The notes beneath the pieces were generated by a model, which worked only from the letters and a program-made list of their open reading frames with translations, was not told the origin of the DNA and made no database searches. Positions 1-13,599 of a stretch of DNA of 64,000 nt are shown here, in pieces. Every line of letters begins with the position of its first letter. Position 1 is the first letter of the stretch. The DNA is from Stegostoma tigrinum (Eukaryota): assembly GCF_030684315.1 (NCBI RefSeq), contig NC_081373.1, positions 40,277,989-40,341,988 on the forward strand. The letters are read 5' to 3'. The position numbers and the translations under genes are program-made.

Positions 1-1070
1 GGTGGTGGTTTAACCAGAGGGGACATGCCCCAGGTGAGGGGAGAGATTGAGAAGAAGAGTCATTAATGGTAAACTCAGCTGGTATAGGAATTGAATGCTA
101 GCTATTGGCATTACTCTGCATCTCAAACCACGTATCCAGCCAGCTGAACTGACCCATCCATCTCCTACACTCTTGATGACCTTGCAGCCTGCCCTTGTTT
201 GTGTTCAGCCTCTTTATCTTACTGATAATGCTCTCCCTTTACCCCTGAACCCATGATTTGCAGATTGTCATGCTGTTGTTGGCCCTACACTCTTCTCATA
301 TTGAGACCAGGGTAACTGTGGAATGTGTGAGCCCCTCCCCCACCCTCCTACAGGTTTCTGACCTTCCCGTGGTTGATGAGATTCCACTCTTCTAACTGGA
401 ATTGCACATCACCATCATCATTCCCACAGTGACCCCATCTAATGAACTCCAATCCCTAAACTGATCTTCTCACTTACCCCAGGAATGATTGTACTGCCTC
501 CTGATGATGCTCCTGTCTATCAATACCTAAAATCCCCGGGACTGACCGGGGCCCTGCCCCGACTGACTCGGAAAGACAGCCCTGAAAATCGCGAGTCAGC
601 ACCAAGAAAGCAATCTAAGAAGCATAAGCTGCATCTTATGAAAGTGCTTGAGACCTTGTAAGTGTCCATGCACTCAAAGCAACCTGGCATTGCATTCAAT
701 TCATAAGTATCCATAAATTCCAAAGTGGGTTCTAAAGACTGAAATGGTGTGTGATTTGCTTGAAAAACAGCTATGATAATGTGGAAAGGCTGGTGGTTTA
801 GCAGTGACCATTTGTAGAATGGAAGAATAAAAGAGGATGGCTTCTATAGAGCATGCAGAAGAATGATGATGATGGAGCTGGATGAATGTCCAGAAAAGCA
901 AATGGCAAGATATAGGTGCATGTAATCACACTGGCATTCATATTGGGAATTGATGACATGCAGTTTTTCATGGAATGAGGGGGGAAATGGGAAGTCATAT
1001 AGAAATGAGGTGAGGTTAGGTCCTGTCATGTAAGATTTGTAATTTTTTTTATTGTAATATCATTTATTTT

Positions 1071-1425
1071 AGATAACAAAAATGTGGAGCTGGATGAACA
1101 CAGCAGGCCAAGCAGCATCTCAGGAGCACAAAAGCTGACGTTTCAGGCCTAGACCCTTCATCAGGTGACTGTCTGAGTGGAGTTTGCACATTGTCCCTGT
1201 GTCTGTGTGGGTTTCCTCCCACAGTCCAAAGATGTTGCAGGCTAGGTGGATCGGCCGTGCTAAATTGCCCACAGTTGCCCATCAATTGCCCACACCCCTC
1301 TCTGATGAAGGGTCTAGGCCTGAAACGTCAGCTTTTGTGCTCCTGAGATGCTGCTTGGCCTGCTGTGTGCATCCAGTTTCACACTTTGTTATCTTGGATT
1401 CTCCAGCATCTGCAGTTCCCATTAC
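1071..1425. mobile_element. Fold-back mini-PLE (family A) enclosing a captured SINE segment
   Basis: Inverted PLE 3' termini (1071-1164 minus, ~1296-1425 plus), each with an HHR motif. TSD CATTTATTTTAGA at 1061-1073 and 1426-1438. Confidence 0.88.
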
Positions 1426-1451
1426 CATTTATTTTAGAGTTTGGATTTAAC

Positions 1452-2006
1452 TTAGATTAGATTAGATTCCCCACAGTGTGGAAACAGGCCCTTTGGCCTA
1501 ACAAGTCCACACCTTCCCTTGGACCATCCCACCCAGACCCATCCCCCTATAACCCACACACCCATGAACACTGTGGGCAATTTACCATGGCTGATCCACA
1601 TCTTTGGACTGTGGGAGGAAACCGACACAGACACAGGGACAATGTGCAAACTCCATACAGACAGTTACTTACATAGAACATAGAACATAGAACAGTACAG
1701 CACAGAGCAGGCCCTTCAGCCCACGATGTTGTGCCGACCATTGATCCTCATGTAGGCACCCTCAAATTTCTGTGACCATATACATGTCCAGCAGTCTCTT
1801 AAATGTCCCCAATGACCTTGCTTCCACAACTGCTGCTGGCAACGCATTCCATGCTCTCACAACTCTCTGTGTAAAGAACCCACCTCTGACATCCCCTCTA
1901 TACTTTCCTCCAACCAGCTTGAAACTATGGCCCCTTGAGACTGGAATCAAACCCAGGTCCCAGGCGCTGTGAGGCTGCAGTGCTAACCACTGAGCTACCA
2001 TGCCGC
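1452..2006 (-). mobile_element. HE1-like tRNA-derived SINE interrupted by a CR1 3' fragment
   Basis: (TAGAT)n tail at 1453-1467. Body resembles the copies at 41323-41515 and 52111-52346. tRNA-like head (GGTAGCTCAGTGGTTAGCACTG...GGGTTTGATTCC on minus) at ~1937-2005. Confidence 0.75.
1671..1936 (-). mobile_element. CR1-type LINE 3' end
   Basis: (TAGAACA)n tail. Minus-strand peptide RGHSFKL...FFTQRVVRAWNALP...FKRLLD is the typical CR1 ORF2 C-terminus. Confidence 0.85.
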
Positions 2007-2299
2007 ATGTAGATCTTGGCCTATCTGACTGAAGGGAATTAACGATTAATAGGTAAATATTTCTTCAGCCATGATGATATTTTAATACAGTATGAGAGAT
2101 TTATTCTTGGAACATAATGGGAAATTGTTGCTGTTGAATTTCACAAGTGAACAATGTAAACAGTATAGTCTGTTAAGCTTTCGGTTAGAAGTTTTCGGAT
2201 GTTCTGTTTTTGTGGCTTGGGAAAACATTGGTAAAAAGCCTTTTTGGGTCGAGCAGATTGTAGATGTCTTGACTGAAGGTAGCCATATAAAACTGTAGG

Positions 2300-3895
2300 C
2301 CCTTAGAAAGGGAGATAGTTTGAAGCAGTGAAAAAATAGATTACATCAGCGTAAATTAGTTTAGAAGTTCCAAACCAGAAGTGTTTGGTTAAAATCCCAA
2401 AGAGATTAATGAGGAAACTAGCCATTAAGGAATGGGCAATGGTCTGTCAGGTAGTCTCATTACAGCACTACTTCAAAATTTTACAAGTGGCACACAATGT
2501 TCCAATCACAAGTCACTATGTATTAGGAAGACTCAGGCTAAAATATTAAAACATTTTATTGGCCATAAAGTAAAGATGTAATCAAATTTCGCCAGGCATG
2601 TTATACATATGGGAAAAACACCAAATCTCAATTAAACTTGCCCCTTAGTTTTATTACCAGCTTTTGAAGAATTGTTTAGCAGAGTCTAAATTAAATTTCT
2701 GATCCCTACCTGAAACCAGGAATGGGAATTAGTAACTTTTAACAATTATGGATGTTTTCACATGATTTCTTGAAGCAGTGCCTTTTGAGAAAATTACTGC
2801 AAAAGCATTGGGGGGAAACGTTAGTTCATTTTTTATAAGATATGGGTCACCAAAAGAAATATAATCAGGTCATGGTTCAAATTCTATATCACAAACAAAC
2901 ATTAAAACTAATGATAACTAGTTTGAGAATAAAACAATGTTCATCTTCTGCCTATCATCCACAATCTCAAAGTACACTGGAAAGATGGCATTTAACTTTT
3001 AAAACCATGATTGGAGATTATTGCCAAGAATATCCTAATGATTGGGATAAGAGAAATTCCTTTCTTCTTCCTTGTAACTGAGGAGGTTTCTCATGAGTCC
3101 ACAGAACTTAAACCTTTTGGAATTAAAATCAACACATAAGGGGAGAGGACCATGTAAATTACTGAAAGAAAATTTGATACACCATGGCTCAAAGTCTATG
3201 CTTCCAACCTTTGCTTTGCGTTTCAGGAATAAACTGAACAAAGCATGTGAATTGGTTAAAAACAGTTCAAGGGTGCAAGAGATATTGAAAACTAAAGGAA
3301 GTGAAAAGAACTAAGTTCAAAATAGCCTTACTATGGTAGAAGGTGTTAGTATCATTATCCGTCTCTGGGGATTCATTAATAGTAAGGTTTGTTGAACCTT
3401 ACCAAATCAAAAAGAAATGCAATGATGTTGATTATGTAGTGTGTACTCCAGACATGTGAAAGAATCAGTGAATGTGTAGAAGGGATATTTGATAGTAACA
3501 GTAGTCAGGAGAAAAATATACTTATGGTAATGAAAGCACTAGGGAGAGAAAAAGTAATATGAGATAACATGTGAATAAATCAGAAATATAAAATTCATAA
3601 GTTAACCATCCATTGGTTAGATTTGAAAATATGGAGGTGCTTAAAAGATTAGATAACATCATTTTTCATTTTCCAAATAACTGTTGAAGTGACTTAAAAA
3701 GGCTATTATAAAATAATAAATCAATGTGTAGTAATAGCCAGGTAAAACAGTTTTGGCTGTTCATGATATCAATGTAGGGAACTCATTACCGAAAGAACAA
3801 AACCTTACAGACTCAATCTAGTGAGATTAACTCATGTGAGGGAAAAGATTAAGTCCATGATAGACAATAACTTTACTGAACTGAGTTATAACACT
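2300..3895 (+). mobile_element. Degenerate Gypsy LTR-retrotransposon pol fragment with integrase upstream of RT (Gmr1-like)
   Basis: Frameshifted HHCC region (AHN...SH..IRKTQ.KI.KHF.W), core SAYHPQSQSTLERWHLTFKTM...DWDK and a GPY/F-like RFVEPYQI. These are followed at ~3759-3890 by VHDINVGNSLPKEQ(P)YRLN...KIKSMIDNNF, the start of the RT region. Confidence 0.75.
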
Positions 3896-4476
3896 GTTAA
3901 CAAGATGCAAATACATAGAAATATTGCAGTAATCCCTCAATAGTGTATTCTAAAATTTGCCATTTAAACCTTCAGGGGAACATCAGGAACTTTTTTCTCA
4001 ATATTGGAAAGCTGATTTTATTTTTTCCTGCCATACTTTCCCAACTTTATCACAGTTGCCCAAAACATTTGATGGTTGGGACAATTCCACCCAAAGACCC
4101 ATTTCTTAATCTTCAACTTCACTGTGTTACAATCACATCTTGATGTTTTGTGGACAAGATTAACTGCCACACTTTGAAATTTGACCTGGCATAGAAAGGT
4201 AACTAATAACATAGAATATACTTACATTAATATCCGTACATAATGTTACAAAATTCTTCGATTACATGATTGCTGAAACAATTTTCCTCCAAGTTAACAC
4301 CTTTTCAGTTGGTATAATGTTAAGTTTGATGTGCATCCTGATTTAGCACTACTTCACTTGACGTTAAAATCACAAAGGCAAAATGACTACCTTCTGTTTG
4401 CCTACTTTTTCTGTGGGTAAAAGAGAACCATATACAAAGAAAAATGAGGAAGTAAAACAAAGTGTTAATATTTTTT

Positions 4477-4620
4477 AATAATAAAATGTGAGGCTGGATG
4501 AACACAGCAGGCCAAGCAGCATCTCAGGAGCACAAAAGCTGACGTTTCGGGCCTAGACCCTTGAAGGGTCACATTTTATTATCTTGGAATTCTCCAGCAT
4601 CTGCAGTTCCCATTATCTCT
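4477..4620. mobile_element. Fold-back mini-PLE (family A), internally deleted
   Basis: Minus arm 4477-4562 ends in the HHR stem II, then GAAGGGTC, then the plus-strand 3' tail. TSD TGTTAATATTTTTT at 4463-4476 and 4620-4633. Confidence 0.88.
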
Positions 4621-5141
4621 GTTAATATTTTTTGGTCCTTTTAAGCAGTCATTTCTCTAGCATGATTATATGTGATTAAATAAAGTTAAATGTGAAAGCA
4701 TTCCTGTTGCTCATTTTTATTAAACCTTCATAACATTGATTTTTTGAAAAGTTGTGAATCAATTAAAGCTCGAATTGGGGGAAATAGTTTTGCATGAACG
4801 TGCACTTACAACTGGTAATAACAACTAACTTTCTCTTTACTGATAGTAACCTAGGAATTACTAGATGAAAAATAACAATGTCCTTTCTACAATCCTGGGC
4901 TCATGCGGTTCAACAATAAGAAGCTGAATAATCATAGTAATCAATCTCTATCAATTAGTCTACACAGATCCAGGCATGAGGCAAGAAAAATCTCAGTGGT
5001 GCAAAGCTGTTTGAACTATACGTCTAACTTGTTGCTTTCCTCCCAAGCATGCTACTCTTACCACATGTCACGTTTCAAATTACTCATACAATTTCTCTAA
5101 TAGTTCAAACAAAGATGCTTTTGACAAACTCTGTTCATCTG

Positions 5142-5360
5142 GAGATAGTGGGAACTGCCGATGCTGAAGAATTTGAGGTATCACGGTGTAGAGCTGGATG
5201 AACACAGCAGGCCAAGCAGCATCAGAGGAGCAGGAAAGCTAATGTTTTGGGTCAAGACCCTTCTTCAGAAAAAAGGGTCTCGACCTGAAACGTCAACTTT
5301 CCTGCTCCTCTGATGCTGCTTGGCCTGCTGTGTTCATCCACCTCTACACCATGTTATCTC
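5142..5360. mobile_element. Fold-back mini-PLE (family B, CTGAAGA-type HHR)
   Basis: Inverted arms meet at ...GACCCTTCTTCAGAA/AAAAGGGTCTCGACCTGAAACGTC. TSD CTCTGTTCATCTGGA at 5129-5143 and 5358-5372. Confidence 0.88.
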
Positions 5361-7084
5361 TGTTCATCTGGATCTAGGTTATATGCTTGTTGATAAAATT
5401 GGTTGCTCATATGAAAACTATTAAAAACATTAATGAGTTATTGCAATGTTCAACAGCTTCTCAGTTGTAAAACTTCACTGGATTATTCTTTTATAGACTT
5501 TTCATTTTGTTGTATTAGAATGCATTAAACATATGCTTATGAGGGAAATTTGGATATGAAAAGGTTCATGCAAGCAAATTTGGGCTGTGTTGTTTTTGAG
5601 TATAACCAGGCTTCTTAAACTACTGAAAAAGTATCTGTGATACGAATGCAACTTCAGACAGTAAATGTGTTGGCCCCATATTTATATTCCACTTTAGCTT
5701 CCTGAAAACACCTAATAACTGCAGACAACTTGCAGAGCAGACAACTTCTAACATCACTAACATCACTACAAAGTTAGTGTGCAATGCTATCTTGATGCCA
5801 ATGTTACTATTTTAGAGGTCCAGACTCCAGCCTGTGCCCTCTGTTAACCTCATAGAGCTGACAGAATATTAAACAACATGGACGAGCACCCCCTCCCTCC
5901 CATTGTTATTAACAGTAAATGCATGTATTGTGCTTTTGGCATAGATCATTAAAATGGAAAAGAACATCCTTAACCTTTTGAGTACAGCATATCTCATGAA
6001 ACATGCACCTTCGTTATCTGCTAAAAATGTTTACTTTTATTATCTTTTCCAGCTATTGTGTACTTATGGAACAGCATACTGATGGGTCTTTCTTACATCA
6101 GTCTGTATTGTTTGAATATTCTACAATAAGTTTTCCAACTGATGCTGAAATACTGTTTTGTTTATTTAAAATCCAATGCTGAATCAAGTTACTTGCAGCT
6201 AAGTTGGCCTGGAAGGACTTTCTACTGGAATTATGAATCGCTTTTGGAATTAGGCATGATTGAGAGTATGAGCAGAGGTCATGTAGAGCAGGAGAAGCTG
6301 CTAGAGGAGGGAGAGGGAGGAAGGGGGCATCAGGGTTCCCAGCAGGAAGCCAAATATAATCAGGGAACAATGTCACTACCTACATATGTTTGTGCCAACT
6401 ATACATCACTAATGTGGTCAACACAGAAACCTGCTCCCTGCTGGAGCTCCAACCCCAATTTCAGAGGACAACAAGAACCTTTGGAAATGAGGATAAATGT
6501 GGCTTTGGCTTTTAATGAACCTTGTTTGTTTCAAGCGAATGCAACATTTCACAGTTTGCAACACACTACTGCATAAGAGAGGTTACTGAGATTCTTGGTA
6601 CACAGAAAGACAACTTCCCATAATTCACTCTTGCCAATGACAAGCAGTTGGGTGAGGGTTTGCAAGAATTTGTTAAAATTTAATTTTAATTTTTTATAAA
6701 TTTGAGTTGCCATAAAAATGACCTTGCATATACTAACTGTGAGTTTGGCCATGTACCTTGAGAGAAAGGTAGTCCACTCTCTTATTGTGCAGCTATTGTA
6801 TGACTATAGGCAGTGGGTCAAAACCTAATATACTGGCAGCAGTCCTTCATGCTGTAGTATTCTATGTGAGCAAATAATCCATACGTCACACCAGCATTCT
6901 CACACCAATTCCTTATTCATAGTCATACACAACTTTCCTTCCCTCTGTCTCTGAATATCACATCTTTCTCTTCTCCTACAATGCCAAAATAAGTCAACAC
7001 AAATACACATTCCAATCCAAATGTATAAATTAAATCATGTTATGCCACATATAAAATAAAAAAAACTCCGTTAATGAATTTCTC

Positions 7085-7322
7085 TAGTACGACTTTATAC
7101 AGAGAGTGGCAAGTGTGTGAAATGAACTGTCAAAGTAATTGGTGGATGCGGCTACAATTACAATGTTAGAAAACATTTGGCTAAGTACATGAATAGGAAA
7201 AGTTTGGAGAGATATGGGCCAGACGCAGGCATGTGGGACAGCTTTAGCTTGGGAATATGGTTGGTGTGGACTAGATGAACTGAAGGGCCTGTTTCCATTC
7301 TGTATGACTCGACAACTCTATG
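7085..7322 (+). mobile_element. CR1-type LINE 3' fragment
   Basis: TTTATACAGAGAGTGGCAAGTGTGTGAAATGAACTG... ends in GAAGGGCCTGTTTCCATTCTGTATGACTC, like the other CR1 tails in the window. Confidence 0.65.
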
Positions 7323-8439
7323 TCTTTGTGTCCCTTTCCTTGCCCTCATGCGACTCAGCAGTACTGCCCCAGAGGCCATAGTGTAGCTTGTGAAATCTTG
7401 CTGACTTTCAATGGAGAAAGCAGAACTTGGTCATGGAGGCAACTTCGAGTGACTGTTCCATTGAGGGCACAGCTTTGGACTGCAAAACCTCAGTGTGGGT
7501 GGCAGCAATCTGGCATCAGCAAGGATACTGGCAGAGTGACAGGGCAGGAATAGAATTGCTGTCCCCTTGAAAGTGGACAGCAGATTTGTACTTCATAGAG
7601 CCCATACCACCCCCTGGGGTGGCTCCTTCACAATCCTAGTAATCCTTTTGAGCAAAGTGATGGTGCAGTCTTGCAATGTCCTGGAAGTCCCATTGTATAT
7701 TGGCATCCAGAGCGATGACGGCATCAGTCAGAGCTTCCTTTGCAGCATTCAGGAGCTGGGTGATTTCTGCTTGTGTATTGCAATGGAATCGAAGACATTG
7801 TCCATCAGACGCTAAATCATGATTGGTTCTGCAGTTTTGTTAATAGAAATGGCCACTGATATAGGTTGCTGAAAGGTTGGTATCTAATCTCTTACAAAAG
7901 TTTGTGCCAAGCTAGTGTTTTATTCCACTTATGCTCCTTGACATTAAAGGGGAAGAGGGCTTTTCTGCAGGTATGCTAGAGCTCTAAGCGTTTTGTTGTA
8001 TCCACCTATCAAATGTCTTCTATAGCATGGTCCATTGAAGTTCTCATCTGAAGTATCTGCAACTGAACTAGCATGCAGTGTCATTCTCTGATGAGTGCTA
8101 GCCTTTCCCCCAGCATTGGCTCCAATGCACTTGTATCCTGTGTCTCACCATGTGTGGACAAAAGCCTCTGTGCTAATCTTTAAATAATGCAAAGTGTCAG
8201 CAATGAGTTGTTGGCTATAACTGTGAATTGCAGTAGTCCTGTCCTTTTCACTTTCATTTTCTTTCTATTCTTCTTTCACCAGCAGGGCAGCTTCCAGTTT
8301 CTGAGTATCTGAAATGAAAATAGAATAAGGATTTGGGTTTTGTCAAGATGGAATGCTAATGAATCCAAATGGATTGAGAGTTAAAGAAATGCGAGAGGTC
8401 AGATTGGATCCAATGATCTATATATCTCCATCTCATTTT

Positions 8440-8975
8440 TAATTGCTTCAGCCATACTAAGAGCCATGGTTGCATCAATAGCATTTCCCACAGTTGCCAG
8501 CACCTTCTCATCCAAGGGAATTAGAATGTGTGGAATAAACCCTTCTCCTTCTGTTCATTCTTGTTGTACATCACTTTATCTTTCATATAAAAGAAGTGTG
8601 TCAGTGAGTAATGTGCAGTCTGTTTGGGTGATGTGACTGATTTGGTTAAATACTTGCTATTGTGAGCAAGTGTTGAGACATGGATGTGAATGCCTACGAC
8701 ATTGCTAAGCAGCTAAGGGTGAAGTGAAGCTATACATGTTACATATGAGTCTTGATTGATACACAATGTCGTAGGTGAGTGATCAGAATGTACTCAATTC
8801 AGCATTGCCTGAAGCAACTGCTGCAGTAGATAGAATATGTCATTTGAAGATGCCTTCACTGACCTTGACAACTTGCGTGAGATCATTAAACTTCTTGCTG
8901 CATTGTAAAACCCTTGGAGCTACACTCCTGGCACTAATCTCCCCCACTGCCTTCTGAGCCTGTGTCTGCAGTCAT
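8440..8975 (-). pseudogene. Degenerate Myb/SANT-like gene of a PIF/Harbinger DNA transposon
   Basis: Minus strand ~8865-8955 reads KAVGEISARSVAPRVLQCSKKFNDLTQVVK followed by GT. At ~8480-8560 it reads ...IPLDEKVLATVG. Both resemble Harbinger Myb-like proteins. A very decayed transposase-like stretch may lie convergently at ~6270-6900. Confidence 0.5.
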
Positions 8976-11900
8976 TAGGACTCTTCAGAGTTCAGGGTAT
9001 CTCTCCTTCTTTCCACCTATTCCAGCGTAGCCTCTAGTGTTATACGTGAAAATCTGAATTCCACCACCACCCCCCTCCCCCATCCATTGGTCAGTCATTG
9101 CTGATTCTTCTACAGTGCAATGTCCAGAATCATCCTGGCCCCATGTTGCCTTTACCAGGATGTGTACAGAACTGCTAAACAACAGCTTGGGGAGGACAAA
9201 CTTTTCACAAAAATCATGGAAACAAGCATGCAACATGAAGTTGCCATCCAATTTGAAGTCCAATTGGACACGGATTAATTGCACATCATGATCGGGGTTT
9301 TGGGAGTTATCCAATTTATGTCCAATACCTGCTGCTTTCCTCGAACTGTAGTCTGGTGCTTTGAACTTTTTTCTTGTTTCATGCCCAGATGCTCATTTTA
9401 GCTTGTCCCAGAGACAGATTTCCCCTCATTTGAATGTCTCTTTGACTTGAAAACGCCCAGACTTCATCCCTACCAATCCAAACACTATCAAGGCCCAAGA
9501 GTACATTCCCTGCCCTTTATTGTTCAAGGCCACAAGTTCATGCTTTGACTGTTTCAAAGCAATTCCATAAAAATTAATTTCCAAATTTCTCAGGTCGTTC
9601 AGATATGTTTCTCTCTTCATCCTGCAGGTAAGGAGAATGATGTGGAAAACCCACACAACTTAACGCCAGTACAGTAATTGGCATTGGATATTACATTGGT
9701 GGTCATTACAGCAGGCCACAGGCAGAGGTGAAATAGGAGTTGCGCAGAACAGAGTCATTTGATTGCTCCATCTCCAAGTGAAGAAACTGAAGGAGCCTCC
9801 TGTCCAATATTTGCAATGGGTCTTGTGGTGTCCTCATGTACAAGATTGATTGAGCTAATGCACCATCTGATTAGTCTCAGTTCTTATTCACCTTCGTTCT
9901 TGTGATCGACACAGAGTCTGAAGCAAAGGGAGAGTACTGTGTCCCAGCACAACCATCTTTAGCATCCTCAGCAGGGAACAGTGCAGACGGCCCCCACGAT
10001 CTGATCATGTCACTGTGCTATGTACTCACATGCATACACTCCCCTCAGTTCAGCTGAAGTCTACATTTGGATTGCTTGCTGAGCCAGAGAGGGTGAGATG
10101 AGACAATTACCAAAGTGGAGGTTATGGGAATTGTTGAATTGATTTTTGGCTGTGTACAAATGTTCACTTGATTGCTAGGCTGCTTGCACTCCTCCAAAAA
10201 TGTCTCTTTCAATTTGTTGTCATGGTTTTACTGGCCATTCAGTCAGTTGCAAGATATGGGACTCGGTTTAACGAATTGTTCGATGAGTACAAGTTCTGCA
10301 ATTTCCAATGAACTTTCCTTCACGGTGATATTGCAAATGAAATTCCATTAGATGGTTAGCCTAAAAAAAAGGTCCCCCAGTTTTAAAAGGAGAAAAGATG
10401 AAGCATTCAATTGTTTTTCAGTATTTGATTATAAATGTCTAGTTACTGTTCTCTGTGTGCTGTTAGTCAAGCCTAGGTATGGTGACAGAGAAACAGGAAC
10501 TAAGCTGAAGCAAGGAGCTGTTTTAAAAGCACTGTAAATAAAGCTCTTGTTTAGCTGTGGAATCAGATACGTCATCTTTGCCTATCATGGAGAATTCAAA
10601 CACAATAGCAGGGTTATGGTTGCCAGCATTTTTCTCGGCCTCTAATTGCACTTGAACTGAGTGGCTTGGTAGTCCAATACAGGGGGACAATAAAGAATCA
10701 ACCACATTGCTGGGTGTTTGGAGCCACGGGTAGGCCAGACTAGGGAAGAATAGCAGACTTCAATACCTGAAGAACGTTTGCCAACTTGCTAGATATTCAC
10801 AACAATCAACATTGGGTGCATGATTGGCATTAAATTAGATTTCTAATTCCAGGTTTTTATTGAATTCAAAGCTCAACATCTGCTACGGTGAGATTCAAAC
10901 CCATAACCCTAGAACATTAGTCTGGTGTTTCAAATAACTCGTCCAGTTAAATTGCTACAAGACCACGACCAGCCTTAAGGTGAGATAAGTCGACAACTCA
11001 TAGACCGAACCCAGGTCTGTGGCTAGTCCCTGAAATGGTACAAAAAATAAATATTCACCACAGTGACCTTGACAGCTGCAGGTTGGGGTCAGTCAATGGG
11101 ACCCTGAGGCCTGAGGTTTTGGTGACCAGAAAATAAATGCCTGAGGCCACCTATCTCCATCTACACTATCTCCTATTGGTTTCAGTACTCTGTCAGTTTT
11201 ATGTGGTTGACTTTTGGGCAGTCCAACCTATGTCGTGAATTATGGTTGCTTCCACTTGTAGTCCCTCATTGTGCTCCTTCTAACTAGGACGTTGCTTCTG
11301 CTGAACAAGCTCCGCCATTCCAACTCCCTCAACTTCCCTCACTCATTTCTCTGCTCACCTCTGATGCACCAGTGTAGCCAACAGCCTGATTCCCCTCTCA
11401 GGAGTATGGCCACTCCCAACCCCACAGAAGCGACACCCTCAGCTCTAGCAGTGGCATCTCTAATACAGCCAATGAGCATTATTTCCCATTTCTTAAATAT
11501 GTTCATCAGCGCAGCCATAAATAATCATAAATAATTGGAAGCACATTCCCAGCTCCATCACTGGCTGCCCTCCCTTTAAAAATTGCACCACCATTCCAGA
11601 GCCATCAAGTGCAAAGTCATTCTTCAAGATGCTGTCTTTAATGCATGCCTAGTCCCACTCTCACCCCTACTGGCAAACAAAAATCCAGCTTCTTGTGCAG
11701 CTTCAGCAGTACAGTAAATTGGAAAGGACAGGGTACTTGCTAAGAATTAATGGTAGAATATTTAAATGTGCACATCATTTCATGTGTGTTTGATGGTTTT
11801 AATGCATTTCTATTTGTGAGAATTTGCAAGGTGAGCAGATTCAGTAATGGAGATATATAATGCAACTGTTATGCTTCATCTGAAGGAAGGCAGAGGAACT

Positions 11901-12934
11901 GGAATAGTTAATTTACAATTAATATTGCAAAACACTACACAGCAGCAGCATTTCCTTGTCCTTTAATAGATATTTCTGGCTGCATTGATATTAAATCAGC
12001 AGAAAGCACATTGGATATTAGAATATGGAAAATGGATAAGACTTCAACTGTGCTATTTCACGTGTAACGAGTGGAAATTAAACGTGACGTAACTAATTAA
12101 TTGATAGATTTTGCATGCTAATTCCACCAAAACTCTGGAAGCCTCAGGACTTTGTTGGATTGCCAATGGTCAGGCAGTTTCAATTGACAACTCATGAAGC
12201 ATCTACCCTCTCTCATAAATGGATTAGACTGGGAGACTCTGCTATTTTTTATATAAAAGCACAGATGAACTGCGCACATTTTTAATGGAAACTAGACTTA
12301 TTTATTAATTATTTTAAGTGGCTACCACTGTACTGCCTTCATTTTTCTTTCTAAATGCAAAAGGGCAGTAACCTTGGGTTGAGTAGTGTTGTGGTATTTG
12401 TCCAAATTGAGGAACATTCGGAACAGGAAGGGGTTATTCAGTCTCTGGGGTCTACTCTGGCATTTAATTAGTTTATGGCTGATGTGTTTCTCAACTCCAT
12501 TTTCCCACCTTTGCTCAAAATCCCTGACACCATTATGAAACAAAAATGCATCCATCTCGATGCCAAAAGCTGCTTAAATTCATCTCTGGTTCTTTCCCAT
12601 TGTTCAACATAAACTAATCGTAACAGCAGTGCACTGCAGTATAAAAAAAACACACATTCAAAGCAAGTGTTTTCCCACAGGGTCTCACCACAGAAATGAA
12701 GTGGTACAGATTAACCATTTTGAGCATTGAATATCCTTCAGCACTTCCAAGCTTGGTATCTGCCAAAAACATTTTCTGTGCCCTCAGCTACACACTGTTT
12801 TTAATAAAATGATAAAATGACAATAACCTTAAAGTGCTGTTATTTCCAAAATCAAAGGACGTTAGTAACTGGAGTAGGTTATTTCCTGCAATCACAACAG
12901 TCAGAATAAGCAGAAGTTCTGTTTTTTGACTTTG

Positions 12935-13400
12935 GTTGGCTTTCCACAGGAAGAGGGCAATATTGACTGCACATAAACATGGTAATTCGGACACCCATTG
13001 ATCAGCCCACCAGCCACAAAAGCTTCCACTCCATCTTTGCTCAATTCATCTGTAACCACAAGCTGTTCATATAGGTGTGCAAAAGATTTCTGGATGGCAC
13101 AATAATGCTTTTGTCCTGCGGCAGCTCACCATCTCCAATCTCTTTGAAACTTGAAACAGACGCACAGGTTCTGTGGTCAGAGAAAGGGATACCCATTTAA
13201 GATATGGCTGAGAATACCTGAGAAGAGCTCAGTCAGATTGGCCCAAGGGTGATATAACAAAACCACATGGAAAGTAGTTACTTCATTGATTGTGCCCCTG
13301 ACGTGGTTGGAGATACTTTGCTGTAGGCACTGTTTGGTGTCTCCAGATGGGCCATGGTATGTTGTAGTCTACAGAAAATTATAGTTGTGAAACGTGGACA
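12935..13400 (+). pseudogene. PIF/Harbinger (HARBI1-like) DDE transposase fossil
   Basis: Frameshifted motifs FPQEEGNIDCT (cf. GFP.V.GAIDCTH), KSFHSIFAQFICNH (cf. KGFHSINVQLVCD) and KGYPFKIWLRIP (cf. DKGYP...WLMTP) occur in the correct order. Confidence 0.7.
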
Positions 13401-13599
13401 TGCACAAGGAACAGATACAGAGCACAGAGCCACTTCTTGTTAGAAGAGGCAAAGAAGACAGTACTACATGGTCCACCCGATGTACCATTTGAATATAAGA
13501 AATTAGAGCAGGAATACTCTTCTCGATTGCTGATCTTCTACTTCATCACCACTTGCCTGTATTATCCACATATCAAGAGCAGGTTACAAGAGAGAATCA

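Noticed and set aside
1064-1450. Recurrent peptide DEGSRPETSAFVLLRCCLACCVHP in several small ORFs on both strands (also 50496-50827)
   Set aside because: It is a translation of the non-coding PLE terminus and HHR. Recurrence reflects the repeat, not a protein family.
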